DNA of 64,000 bases. Source: a virus. Under the pieces are notes generated by a model. It ran no database searches. It saw only the letters and a program-made list of their open reading frames with translations, and was not told the DNA's origin. The stretch lies in UHGV virus genome UHGV-0125682; one strand, written 5' to 3'. The position numbers and the translations under genes were made by a program. Of this stretch, positions 54,188-63,280 are shown piece by piece. The first letter of the stretch is position 1. Every line of letters begins with the position of its first letter.

Positions 54188-54798
54188 GCAGAACTCCTTC
54201 TAACCAAAAGAACGCCATCTTCAGAAACAACGTTGCAGGACTTCAGGTAATTCATTGCCTCTTTCGGTAATGGATTCTTTGGATCGGCGTTTGCCAGGGA
54301 TTTCGATAACCTCATGATAAATTTGATCATTACCTTCTGGCGGAGCTTGTGCTCATGAGATAAAGACAGGTAATAGGAAATGGTATGGGCTAAACGCTCA
54401 CGAAGCTGTTCTGTGCCGTGATATACAGCAGCGATATCACGCAGTGCATTGACCAGTTCCCGGTAAATATGCGGAGCAACCTGGCATTCAATGTTGGTTG
54501 GTGACTCATAAATTACAGTCAGCCCCAGCTTTTCAGCCAGCGCGTGCTCTGCACGAGCACCAATCGATTCCTCCCATCGATTGAGCAAGTAGATCGCATC
54601 AGCAGAACGCACCATTGCCAGGCAAATATCCATGTATTCACTCTGACAAAGGCCACCAGGTAACACAGCTGGATTCAGAACGATATGCCCTTCAGCCATC
54701 AGCTCGCTCGCTTTCGCATTAAACGCCGCACGGTTGTAGTCTGGATAACCAGTCATCGGCCCCGCGATGTAAATTTTCAAAACACGTCTCACCATCAA
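54184..54798 (-). CDS. Nucleoside 2-deoxyribosyltransferase-like (DUF4406-type) protein with extra C-terminal module
   Basis: KIYIAGPMTGYPDYNRAAF...GHIVLNPA...; C-terminal ...PHIYRELVNALRD...GTEQLRERL shared with 44206-45711. Confidence 0.55.
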   Translation of the reverse strand: MMVRRVLKIYIAGPMTGYPDYNRAAFNAKASELMAEGHIVLNPAVLPGGLCQSEYMDICLAMVRSADAIYLLNRWEESIGARAEHALAEKLGLTVIYESPTNIECQVAPHIYRELVNALRDIAAVYHGTEQLRERLAHTISYYLSLSHEHKLRQKVMIKFIMRLSKSLANADPKNPLPKEAMNYLKSCNVVSEDGVLLVRRSSA

Positions 54799-54989
54799 AA
54801 TTTCCCCAGCATCGTGACGAAAAACATCAGCACGGCAAAAAGCTCAATACCTAATTCAAGTAGCGCCAACGCCCCGAAAAAAAACACATAGAACAGGCCA
54901 ATCTCATTCACAGATGGCTGGTGGATCGCACTTAAAGCTATAAGCATCATGTCCTCCAAACATTTATCAGTGATGATATTAATGTTTTG

Positions 54990-55006
54990 TGTTAGAAAAT
55001 CAATTT
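54990..55006 (+). promoter_or_regulatory. Operator-like motif (TGTTAGAAAATCAATTT)
   Basis: Between the leftward operon and ref-like gene. Confidence 0.45.
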
Positions 55007-55067
55007 TGAATATCTAACTGCTTTGATCAATCATAGAAAAATCGCTGAAAAGTAAGAGGCAGCCATC

Positions 55068-55646
55068 ATGCAGAAACAGAGCTATTGGGAGAAACAGAGA
55101 CAAAAAGCCATGCAAAAATTGGCTGACCCAGCCTGGCGAGAGGAACAAAGGGCAAAGCGCCTTCAACAAGCTCAACGCCAGCAGCAGCGAGCGAGAGAAA
55201 AAGCCGCATCGCCTGAATATCGGCAAAAGAAAATTGAAAAAGCAAAGCAATATGAACAGCGGAGAAAAGATAAAGCTGTATCCGCTCCGTCCAAAAAAAC
55301 ACGCACGTCACGCGGCCTGAAAGGCAGATCACTCACAGCCGATGAACGCCGGATACAGACCGCTATCGGTGCTCTCCCCTGCATTGCCTGCCATATTCAC
55401 GGGCAACATAGCCCAGTGGTATCCCTGCACCATATCTTCGGGAGAACGGCAGAGAACGCGCATAAATATGTCCTCCCTTTGTGTAAATGGCACCACCAGT
55501 ACGCAGCGCCAGCCGAGGTCAGAGAACAATATCCCTGGCTGGTCCCTGTTCATGCTGACGGAAAAATAGGCGGAAAAGCAGATTTCATGCGGCACAATGC
55601 CGATGAAATGACGTTGTATCAGATGGCGATTGAGTTGATAAATTAG
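55068..55646 (+). CDS. ref: HNH-type nuclease, P1 Ref-like
   Basis: 192 aa; K/R/Q-rich N-terminal ~95 aa then ...CIACHIHGQH...HHIFG...PLCKWHHQ. Confidence 0.5.
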   Translation: MQKQSYWEKQRQKAMQKLADPAWREEQRAKRLQQAQRQQQRAREKAASPEYRQKKIEKAKQYEQRRKDKAVSAPSKKTRTSRGLKGRSLTADERRIQTAIGALPCIACHIHGQHSPVVSLHHIFGRTAENAHKYVLPLCKWHHQYAAPAEVREQYPWLVPVHADGKIGGKADFMRHNADEMTLYQMAIELIN

Positions 55647-55657
55647 TTTTCTAACAT
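55640..55657 (-). promoter_or_regulatory. Operator-like motif (AAATTAGTTTTCTAACAT)
   Basis: Exact consensus instance just after ref stop. Confidence 0.45.
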
Positions 55658-55976
55658 TTTAAGTTGAATTGAAAAACTCTCCGATGTACATTCACTACCG
55701 ATTGGCACACCGGTCAACTTTTTGAGACAAACTGTTTAGTTTTTCGTATTATTGCCTCCGCCATACCTATGGCGGTGCAATATAGGTGGCTGAAAAGCCC
55801 CCGTTGACTCACGGTGTTCCAGCCTTTATTGCGCCGCCACCAGACCGTGGAACAGTCGATGGCGGCTCCGAAAGCAAGGAGTCACAACACTATGAACAAC
55901 TACAGTCTTTTCCCATCACTCGTCTTCCACCACTCACGCGATAATCTGCATTCTTTGCTCGCGCCGGGGGTGTCAA

Positions 55977-56147
55977 AATGACTGTTCGCTACCTCAACTT
56001 TCAAATCAAGAACATTACTGGCGGTTGCTATGACTGGTTTGTCACTCTCGGAAAAGAAGTGATCACCGGGAAGCTGGATGAAGTGAAAGCTAAAGCAATG
56101 GCCTACGCCTGCAAGCAAGTCAGGAAGAAATCCGCCAAAGCATAAAA
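55977..56147 (+). CDS. Possible small protein (below ORF-track cut-off)
   Basis: 56 aa MTVRYLNFQIKNITGGCYDWFVTLGKEVITGK...; terminator-like hairpin downstream. Confidence 0.25.
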
Positions 56148-56457
56148 CACTGACTGTTGCGCCCTGGCATTATCGTGGGGTATATTTCTACGGCACCTTA
56201 GAAAAACGGGTGCCGGGATTGGAACCCCGGATAATGCAAAAGGCGACACAGACGCCGAAAGCGTCTTTTTTTGTGTCATGCCATCGCACAGCCATACGTA
56301 GCGTTTAGCTCAGAGATCAATGGTAGTGCTGGCTGGGCTGCCGAAAGGCAGGCCGGTTCCCTTTTGCGCCGGTAGTTCCAACCCAGTCAGTGCTACCGCC
56401 ATTGAGATTGGAACCTCACGCGGTAGCTCCTTAAATTAGCAAAAGGAGGCTGCCAAT

Positions 56458-56673
56458 ATGGCTACTATCCCTACCCCAACTCATTCTGAATTTATCTGGC
56501 GTTTCTATTCCTGCCAAAAACACCTGTATATCTGCGTCATGGCTGCTACCGAAGCAGAAGCTCGTTCATACCTTCCTGAAGAACCCTGCATTTTTGCCGC
56601 ACGCTTCACTCTTGATGCGATGGAGATCCTAAATTACTGGAATCTGCCAATGAACTGCGTGGAGGTGCACTGA
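56458..56673 (+). CDS. Small protein paralogous to 16059-16283 (Icd-like position)
   Basis: 71 aa; RBS AAAGGAGG; stop overlaps next start. Confidence 0.45.
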   Translation: MATIPTPTHSEFIWRFYSCQKHLYICVMAATEAEARSYLPEEPCIFAARFTLDAMEILNYWNLPMNCVEVH

Positions 56674-57614
56674 TGAATCTGTCCATCTCTCAAAAAGCGA
56701 CAATGACCAGTATTGAGATCGCGGAACTGGTAGGTAAGCGTCATGATAATGTGAAGCGTACCATTGAAGTATTAACTAAAGGTGGTGTCATTCAATTTCC
56801 TCAAATTGAGGAAATTGAAAATAAACAATCAGTTGGCCCTCGTCGATTTTCCAAGGCTTACATATTTGAAGGCGAACAAGGAAAACGAGACAGCATCATT
56901 GTCGTCGCGCAGCTCTCTCCGGAATTCACCGCCCGGCTGGTGGACCGCTGGCGCGAACTGGAGAATGCCCGGGTACAGTTAAAATCAAAAGCCGAAATTC
57001 TGGCTGAAATGGCGCAAATGCATCTTGAGCATGAACGCCGGATCAACGCCGTAAATGCCCAGGTAGCCGAGGTATCAGCACAAGTATCGATGGTCGCTGA
57101 AACACTCGAGCAAATAAAGAAAGGCAATATTCCGGAAGGCTACATTGGCTACCGCCAGCTGGCGGCGAAATGTGGCCTGACTGAAGCCAAATGTCGCAAC
57201 CTGGTTAACGCTTTCCGGATTCCCACCGATACGCATGAGTTTTTAACTCCAGATGGTTTGCTTGCGCGACGCTCCATTGTGGCCCTGGTCCCCTTCCGGA
57301 AAGCCTTTAAGCAGGTGATGTCGGAGGCAGAACCACGCAATAAACGCTGGTATCATCCAAAGATGGGGATGTTTCAGGCAATCCACCATCCTGTGCCTGA
57401 AAGCCCAAAGGATAATCTGTCACTACATACCGTCAGAGAGAAGATCAGGACTGGATACGCAACAGTGTGTCGTCGTTCTTCCTGGCCTGAAGGTATATGG
57501 GTGTGGCCCGAAGGTGGATCACGAAAGCACTGTCGCACCATCCGTGACGGGAAAATCCATGCTATTGATTTAGCTCCAGAGGATGTTATTGCTATGGACT
57601 GGATTGTTAGTTAA
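56673..57614 (+). CDS. Rha-family phage regulatory protein / antirepressor (Ant-like), full length
   Basis: 313 aa; MTSIEIAELVGKRHDNVKR...; C-terminal domain present. Confidence 0.7.
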   Translation: MNLSISQKATMTSIEIAELVGKRHDNVKRTIEVLTKGGVIQFPQIEEIENKQSVGPRRFSKAYIFEGEQGKRDSIIVVAQLSPEFTARLVDRWRELENARVQLKSKAEILAEMAQMHLEHERRINAVNAQVAEVSAQVSMVAETLEQIKKGNIPEGYIGYRQLAAKCGLTEAKCRNLVNAFRIPTDTHEFLTPDGLLARRSIVALVPFRKAFKQVMSEAEPRNKRWYHPKMGMFQAIHHPVPESPKDNLSLHTVREKIRTGYATVCRRSSWPEGIWVWPEGGSRKHCRTIRDGKIHAIDLAPEDVIAMDWIVS

Positions 57615-57673
57615 ATGCTGCATCCCCGGCGACGCCGGGGATTTAACTGCCAAATAATCGGATTATCCGCACG

Positions 57674-57985
57674 ATGAAAAAAATAGATTTCACTTATTCT
57701 GCCGCCACACTTGAGCGGCGCTTCACCCTCATTAGAGAGTTGGAACTGTCAAAAGTCTGGTATCAAATCCTACTGGATGAAGAGTTTTCACTGATGGTTA
57801 TAGCAGAAAAATTGGCTATGCCTAATGATCGGCACAAGGTCATAGCCAGCCTCGATCTGGTGACAAACAGATACTGGGAAACAGAGGAACTACATGAGGC
57901 GGGAGTAATTCGTGACCTGATGGAGAATTCCGTTCCCCGCCGCTATCGTGCAGGGAACGGCATCTCCGTGGTTAAAGGTGTTTAA
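57674..57985 (+). CDS. Hypothetical protein
   Basis: 103 aa. Confidence 0.45.
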   Translation: MKKIDFTYSAATLERRFTLIRELELSKVWYQILLDEEFSLMVIAEKLAMPNDRHKVIASLDLVTNRYWETEELHEAGVIRDLMENSVPRRYRAGNGISVVKGV

Positions 57986-58374
57986 AGCTCACCTGCGCGC
58001 TGTTTTTCAAGCACAGATTTAACATTTGGCGCTTTCCCTTTAAAAGAATGGAAAGTGCCACATTTTTCTGTTTTAACCTCGCGCAGAGCTTCGCCATCGG
58101 CGTTCTGCCATTGATGGGATAATGTCATATCACCGCGAGAAGGAACATCCAGCGAGTACAGCGTGTAAGTTCCCCCCATCTCCGCATACTCCTGGAACAC
58201 ATAGCTCATTACGTCAGATTCAGTTTTTCGGTGTGCGTTATCAACCTTATTCCCATTCAGAAATATGGCATCTGGATAGATTTTTATATCAAACCTACCG
58301 CACTTAACTTGTAAATTTCCGGCGCTCGCGATCAAAGGGAAAGACGCCAGTAAAGCAATAGCCAATCTTTTCAA
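57982..58374 (-). CDS. Secreted protein (signal peptide)
   Basis: 130 aa; MKRLAIALLASFPLIASA. Confidence 0.5.
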   Translation of the reverse strand: MKRLAIALLASFPLIASAGNLQVKCGRFDIKIYPDAIFLNGNKVDNAHRKTESDVMSYVFQEYAEMGGTYTLYSLDVPSRGDMTLSHQWQNADGEALREVKTEKCGTFHSFKGKAPNVKSVLEKQRAGEL

Positions 58375-58394
58375 TTCTGCCTCCGCTGCGTAAC

Positions 58395-59018
58395 TTATTG
58401 CCCGTATTTTTTACACCATTGCTCTGCCATTTGTTTGGCTAAAGGCCCGGCTACTGCACTGTATTCTGCTGTTTTACTTTGCACACATGAAGCAGATGTT
58501 TTTTTATTTCGCTGCTCGGTTAGTTTGCGCTCATAAGCCATCATGCTATCGAACCCGGCAATATCACTTTGGCGAAGCATTCCCTTTTTAACCAAAAATT
58601 GCTGCCCCTCGGGCACCAGCGCAAGCATAAAAAGTGGTTGTAATAACTCACCTAATCCTTGCTGGCGATACACTTCGAATTGCTGCCATCCCTGACTTAA
58701 TCTGGAAAGAGTATCTTTGGTTGAATAACCTGTTTTTGTTATAGCTTTGTCCGTCAGATATGCTGTATATGCAAAAACGCAAAAGTCAGTTTTACCAATA
58801 AACTGAGTTCCAACAGGCCGTAATGGAATGCCCTCTCTCTTGCAAAAGTCCATAATTGCCGCTTGTGAATGATCCCCACCAGCGTTATTCATAACCTGCT
58901 GCCCTGCCCTGAATTGTGCAGGTAACGCAGTTGCATTGGCTGTATTAACAGATACGCATCCCAACATAGCCGCGAGCGCGGTCCCTAAAACCCTTAACTT
59001 CACTACACCGTCCTTCAT
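58395..59018 (-). CDS. Secreted protein (signal peptide)
   Basis: 207 aa; hydrophobic N-terminus ...LGTALAAMLGCVSVNTANA. Confidence 0.5.
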   Translation of the reverse strand: MKDGVVKLRVLGTALAAMLGCVSVNTANATALPAQFRAGQQVMNNAGGDHSQAAIMDFCKREGIPLRPVGTQFIGKTDFCVFAYTAYLTDKAITKTGYSTKDTLSRLSQGWQQFEVYRQQGLGELLQPLFMLALVPEGQQFLVKKGMLRQSDIAGFDSMMAYERKLTEQRNKKTSASCVQSKTAEYSAVAGPLAKQMAEQWCKKYGQ

Positions 59019-59286
59019 GTAAACAAAATGAAGTTTTATGTTACAAAAACAATCAACTACATCAACATGATTTAGGCCAAATTTCGGTCAAAAAATAAAA
59101 TCCACAAAAAGTGGTTGACACTATTTTGGAAATCACAAACTGCACATAATCCATCGCGCTAACGGCTCCCGTTGAAGGTTCTTTTGACGATTAACTTTCA
59201 GCCGAAGCGCGGTAGGGAGTCATAACGCCAAAGCAGGCCGCCATGTGCGGCCTTTTTTTGTATCCGTCATCCGTGGAGGAAGGACA

Positions 59287-59940
59287 ATGGAAAAGATCGC
59301 AATATTCAGCCTGACCACCAGCAAGCCTCAAATGCTCACTGCAATACTGAAAGACGGTGCTCTCATTATTAACGAAGTAAAACCCCTTCCCGCGTCAGCA
59401 TTGGAGCAAAAGCAAAAAATTCCTCCAGCCATAGCAGCCCTGCGGAAAAGCAAATTTAAGGTACTGGTAGACGAAATTACGCCAACGATCTCCGCTGGCA
59501 CCGGAGCAAGCCAGGTGACTCTCAAGACCCGTCATGCCGATGGCAGAGCAGCAATCATCGTCGGGATGGAAAGATACAGAGAGTTAAAACTCCAGAAGCT
59601 ATTATCCCTGCCGCAAAATAACAAAGGTGCTTTCGAAATCCCCGACTCTATCGTTGATACCGAATACAACGGTAACGGAGAAGAAGTCTACAGGGTGAAC
59701 TGGCAGGATATCAGGCCGGAGCATATTCTGATGATCCTGTGTTGCTACGCGACCGTATACCACAACGTTGCCAGTGCGGATTACGTAGAGCAGATGACCG
59801 GTACAGTCGATAAAGAGCAAAAAACAGGCATACTCGCTTCGTTCCTTTCCATTATTGGGCATGAAAAAGTTAAAGCAGGCACCTCCCAGCCAAAGTCACT
59901 GGCTGGGAAAGAAGTTGATGAAGATACCGTGATACTTTGA
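59287..59940 (+). CDS. Hypothetical protein
   Basis: ~217 aa from MEKIAIFSL...; RBS GGAGGAAGG. Confidence 0.5.
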   Translation: MEKIAIFSLTTSKPQMLTAILKDGALIINEVKPLPASALEQKQKIPPAIAALRKSKFKVLVDEITPTISAGTGASQVTLKTRHADGRAAIIVGMERYRELKLQKLLSLPQNNKGAFEIPDSIVDTEYNGNGEEVYRVNWQDIRPEHILMILCCYATVYHNVASADYVEQMTGTVDKEQKTGILASFLSIIGHEKVKAGTSQPKSLAGKEVDEDTVIL

Positions 59941-60268
59941 TCACATTAGTAGCTTTGTTAACTCCCTCAATACCAGGTAGAAGAGTAACAAAAATATTGA
60001 CGCCAGTATTTGAGTGGACAATGAAGCGTTCATAAACAGATCAATTAGCATTAATAATTCGAAGATAACATCCATGTCATGCACTCCGTTTAATTTTTAA
60101 TCTAATGCCAGCAAATGAAGCTGGCCCCCGCATAAAGATTAATGAAAGTCACTTGTCACCAGTGAGGGGATTTATGAACCACATCCCCCTGAACTGGTGG
60201 CCTGTCTGTTTCTCGCATTTCACACCCTGCATACAGTTTCCCCCAGGTTATGACTGAGGGGCTTTGTT

Positions 60269-60598
60269 ATGGGCTATAGCAGACTCGACGATAGGTACAT
60301 TGAAGACGATATTTTTCGTGCGCTGTTTCACCAGGAAATGATTAAGCGGGTATCGGAGTATCACTCTGATAATTTCCAGTACACGATAAAGATTGATGAA
60401 GTATATCGTTCAGACCTTGCAGCCTACAGGGCGTATGGCAATGCAGATTTGCGCTGGGTATTCCGGGTGCTGGTGGGCCATGAGTCAGAAATGGAAGAAA
60501 TGCCCGCCGGGACCACGTTAACTCTTCCTGATGTGGCATGGCTGAGGAACAAGATCCGTGATTACGCGAGCGCGGAACCGGAGATAGAAAATGCCTGA
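60269..60598 (+). CDS. Hypothetical protein
   Basis: 109 aa. Confidence 0.45.
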   Translation: MGYSRLDDRYIEDDIFRALFHQEMIKRVSEYHSDNFQYTIKIDEVYRSDLAAYRAYGNADLRWVFRVLVGHESEMEEMPAGTTLTLPDVAWLRNKIRDYASAEPEIENA

Positions 60599-61781
60599 TT
60601 TCCTGAAAAACCAGGACGGGCGCTATATCACTGACGGTCTGTCCTCTAAGGACTTCACGCGTTTATTCGACCTTATCAGGAAAGAACAAACCCGTAAGCG
60701 CCGACAAGCTCACCGGACGCTGACGCCAGGCAGACTTAGGAACAAATCCGCCGAAGATATTCTCAAGTTAGGGAAGAAAAAAGGCGGCACGTTCTTTACG
60801 CGAGACGATCTGAAAGGCTTCGAAAAGCTACGGAGTAAAACGCGCGAAAAATATGACAGCAAGACGGCTGGCATCACATACGCCCAGCTGGTGGCATCCA
60901 GCCAGGCTATCGATATTAAGCGTGCAAATAACGCCGTGGATGACGGATCTGGTATCAAAAGAGCTACACCCGTATCTCTTCGCCACAATGTGATTAATAT
61001 CCGCGTAGAAGCATCGGATATATCCGTCCACCAGCACCATATCGTCCGGATACGCTTTGAAGAATGGGATCAGATGGTTGATGATATCGCAGAAGACGAT
61101 AAATCAGCTCTCAAAATCACTAAATCACTGTGCGCCGGGCGAGTGTCTTTCGATTGTGACTGTGGTCGTCATCAATACTGGTATCGTTACATCGCCACTG
61201 CGGGTAACTTTGCCCTGGCACCGCCAAAAGAATACGCCTATCCAAAAGTTCGCAACCCGAAGCTGCAAGGCGTCGCCTGTAAACACGTGATCCACTCAAT
61301 GACGCGGTTACAGTCCGCCAGTTGGCAAATGAGTATTGCTCGTGCGCTACAAAAGGCTGCAACGCAAATTGCATTTGGTGACGATCGCCGCCGTACAACC
61401 AAACACTTCTCAAAAGAAGACGAGAAGGAGTTTAATCGCAATCGTAGCAGTAAAACGAACGTTGACGCTGCCAAGCGAGAATGGAGGCTCTATCAGAAGC
61501 GCCAGGCCGCTTTAAGCACAAAACTGGCAAAGGACAACGGCAAGATTGACAAGCTACGTGACCAACTGACCAAGGCCAGAAAGTTGTCAGACGCACAGAA
61601 AAAACGGGCGGCAGCAAAAGAAGCGGCGTTGCAACGTGAGAAACAGAAAAACAAGGAGCTTCAGCAACGCCTGGCCGATCAGTTCGCACTGAAGAAGCAG
61701 GCGTTCATTGATGCGCTTGTCATGGCTGGAACACCACCAGCACAAGCTGAAAAAATGTTCATGGAGTACATAAAAAATTAA
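60591..61781 (+). CDS. Hypothetical K/R-rich protein with SWIM-like CxC...CxH zinc-finger motif
   Basis: 396 aa; ...FDCDCGRHQYWYRY...GVACKHVIH...; basic coiled-coil C-terminus. Confidence 0.5.
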   Translation: MPDFLKNQDGRYITDGLSSKDFTRLFDLIRKEQTRKRRQAHRTLTPGRLRNKSAEDILKLGKKKGGTFFTRDDLKGFEKLRSKTREKYDSKTAGITYAQLVASSQAIDIKRANNAVDDGSGIKRATPVSLRHNVINIRVEASDISVHQHHIVRIRFEEWDQMVDDIAEDDKSALKITKSLCAGRVSFDCDCGRHQYWYRYIATAGNFALAPPKEYAYPKVRNPKLQGVACKHVIHSMTRLQSASWQMSIARALQKAATQIAFGDDRRRTTKHFSKEDEKEFNRNRSSKTNVDAAKREWRLYQKRQAALSTKLAKDNGKIDKLRDQLTKARKLSDAQKKRAAAKEAALQREKQKNKELQQRLADQFALKKQAFIDALVMAGTPPAQAEKMFMEYIKN

Positions 61782-61783
61782 CA

Positions 61784-61808
61784 AAGGTGGGTTTATCCCA
61801 CCTTTTTA
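61784..61808. terminator. Bidirectional rho-independent terminator
   Basis: AAAGGTGGG-TTTATC-CCACCTTT flanked by A- and T-runs, between convergent genes. Confidence 0.7.
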
Positions 61809-62524
61809 TTAGCATCGCATTTAATTTTTTCAAGTGAATCAGAAAGCTTTGAGAGAAGCTCCTCAAGTGTTTCCCTGTCATTTGTATCACCCGAACGAAA
61901 AGATGAGTTTTTCACGGCGGTAAAAAATTCATAAAAATCATCCACCGAATTTAAGCTCTCACCTTTCTCTCTATATAATTTAATAATATGAATGATATCG
62001 CTATCCACACATTCAATCTGTTTCCTAATTTCTTTAAGCCGTTTTTCTAATGATTCAAGTTCTTCTTCTTGTTCAATATACTTTTTAACGTCTCTCTGCT
62101 TCTTAATGGCTTTCTTAATATCACTGTTAATTGTCCTTATTTGTTCTTTTTTATTTGCAATTTCATCTATTTTTCTTAATTTAGCATATAATGTGCTTGT
62201 CACCAAAGAAATTAACAGGGTTAACAGTGGCGCTAATATTGATGCCACAACACCATAAATAAAAGGCAAAACAAAATGAGCTACGAACGATGGTAAAAAA
62301 AGATTCCCCAATAATGGGATCTTTTCCCCGACAAACACTATAGATAATGTATACATAACATCATCTTTTGACTTCAGTAATATAAATATGTCTCGCCAAT
62401 TAGAAATTAAAAACGAAATAAAAATGTAGGCAAAAACCTTATTAAACAACTTATCTTTTACAGCATCTTCTAACAGATTTTGGGTAGAGGAGTTTTCCTT
62501 TTCTATTGATGAATCAGCGCTCAT
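61793..62524 (-). CDS. AT-rich membrane protein with C-terminal coiled coil
   Basis: 243 aa; hydrophobic helices in residues ~30-110, then K/E-rich heptads; markedly lower GC than neighbours. Confidence 0.55.
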   Translation of the reverse strand: MSADSSIEKENSSTQNLLEDAVKDKLFNKVFAYIFISFLISNWRDIFILLKSKDDVMYTLSIVFVGEKIPLLGNLFLPSFVAHFVLPFIYGVVASILAPLLTLLISLVTSTLYAKLRKIDEIANKKEQIRTINSDIKKAIKKQRDVKKYIEQEEELESLEKRLKEIRKQIECVDSDIIHIIKLYREKGESLNSVDDFYEFFTAVKNSSFRSGDTNDRETLEELLSKLSDSLEKIKCDANKKVG

Positions 62525-62555
62525 ATAATTACCAAATATTTAAACATTGATTTTA

Positions 62556-62580
62556 TGTAAAAGCGGTCATCCAGACCGCA
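62556..62580 (-). terminator. Rho-independent terminator downstream of higA
   Basis: Minus strand GCGGTC-TGGAT-GACCGC followed by TTTT. Confidence 0.6.
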
Positions 62581-62584
62581 AAAC

Positions 62585-62944
62585 TTAAACACCAACCAGA
62601 CTTTCCAGTGGAATACCAAACTGGGCATGTAAACGACGAATCATAGGTAACGTCAAATTTCGTGTCCCATTAAGCACTTCGTAAACACGGTTTGACTTAC
62701 CAATTGCCGGTTCCAGATCCTTCACGGTCAGCCCTTGCTGTTCCATACGGAATTTAATGGCCTCAATAGGTGATGGTGGCTCAATTGGGTAATGTTTTTT
62801 CTCGTACTCCTCAATGAGAAGACACATGACCTCAAAGAAATCACCTTCCGGGGTGTTCATTTCCGGTTCGTTATCGAACATCGGTTCGACCGCACGCAGT
62901 GCGGCCTCATAATCTTGTTCTGTACGGATAGGTTTAATGTTCAT
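62585..62944 (-). CDS. higA: HigA-type antitoxin (XRE HTH)
   Basis: 119 aa; C-terminal HTH ...LTVKDLEPAIGKSNRVYEVLNGTRNLTLPMIRRL...; directly downstream of HigB-like toxin. Confidence 0.75.
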   Translation of the reverse strand: MNIKPIRTEQDYEAALRAVEPMFDNEPEMNTPEGDFFEVMCLLIEEYEKKHYPIEPPSPIEAIKFRMEQQGLTVKDLEPAIGKSNRVYEVLNGTRNLTLPMIRRLHAQFGIPLESLVGV

Positions 62945-62947
62945 GAT

Positions 62948-63250
62948 TTACTCCAGTTCTATTGTATCCGCTTCAATGGCATCGTATTCCTTATGTGTTC
63001 CAATAAACTTAACGAACATCCATCCTCGCTGATAAGCAATTGCGACAATTAACCTGTAATCATTTCCCTTAATATTGAACACCACGCGCCTGTTTTTAAG
63101 GATGCTGGCTGTCCGGTACTGTTCTTTGATCTCAGCCGGATTTTTCCAGTCAGCCTTTGTTGCTTCATCAACCCATGCCTTTAATGGCTGTTCTGCATCG
63201 GGATTCTTCGCCCAGAAATCCCTTAGTGTTTTTACCGAAATTATTTTCAT
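62948..63250 (-). CDS. higB: HigB-type toxin (RelE/ParE superfamily)
   Basis: ~100 aa from MKIISVKTLRDFW...; ...FVKFIGTHKEYDAIE... resembles HigB GTHKEYD motif; RBS GAAGGA. Confidence 0.75.
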   Translation of the reverse strand: MKIISVKTLRDFWAKNPDAEQPLKAWVDEATKADWKNPAEIKEQYRTASILKNRRVVFNIKGNDYRLIVAIAYQRGWMFVKFIGTHKEYDAIEADTIELE

Positions 63251-63280
63251 CACAGATTCCTTCTCTCTGAAAGCAGAGTA

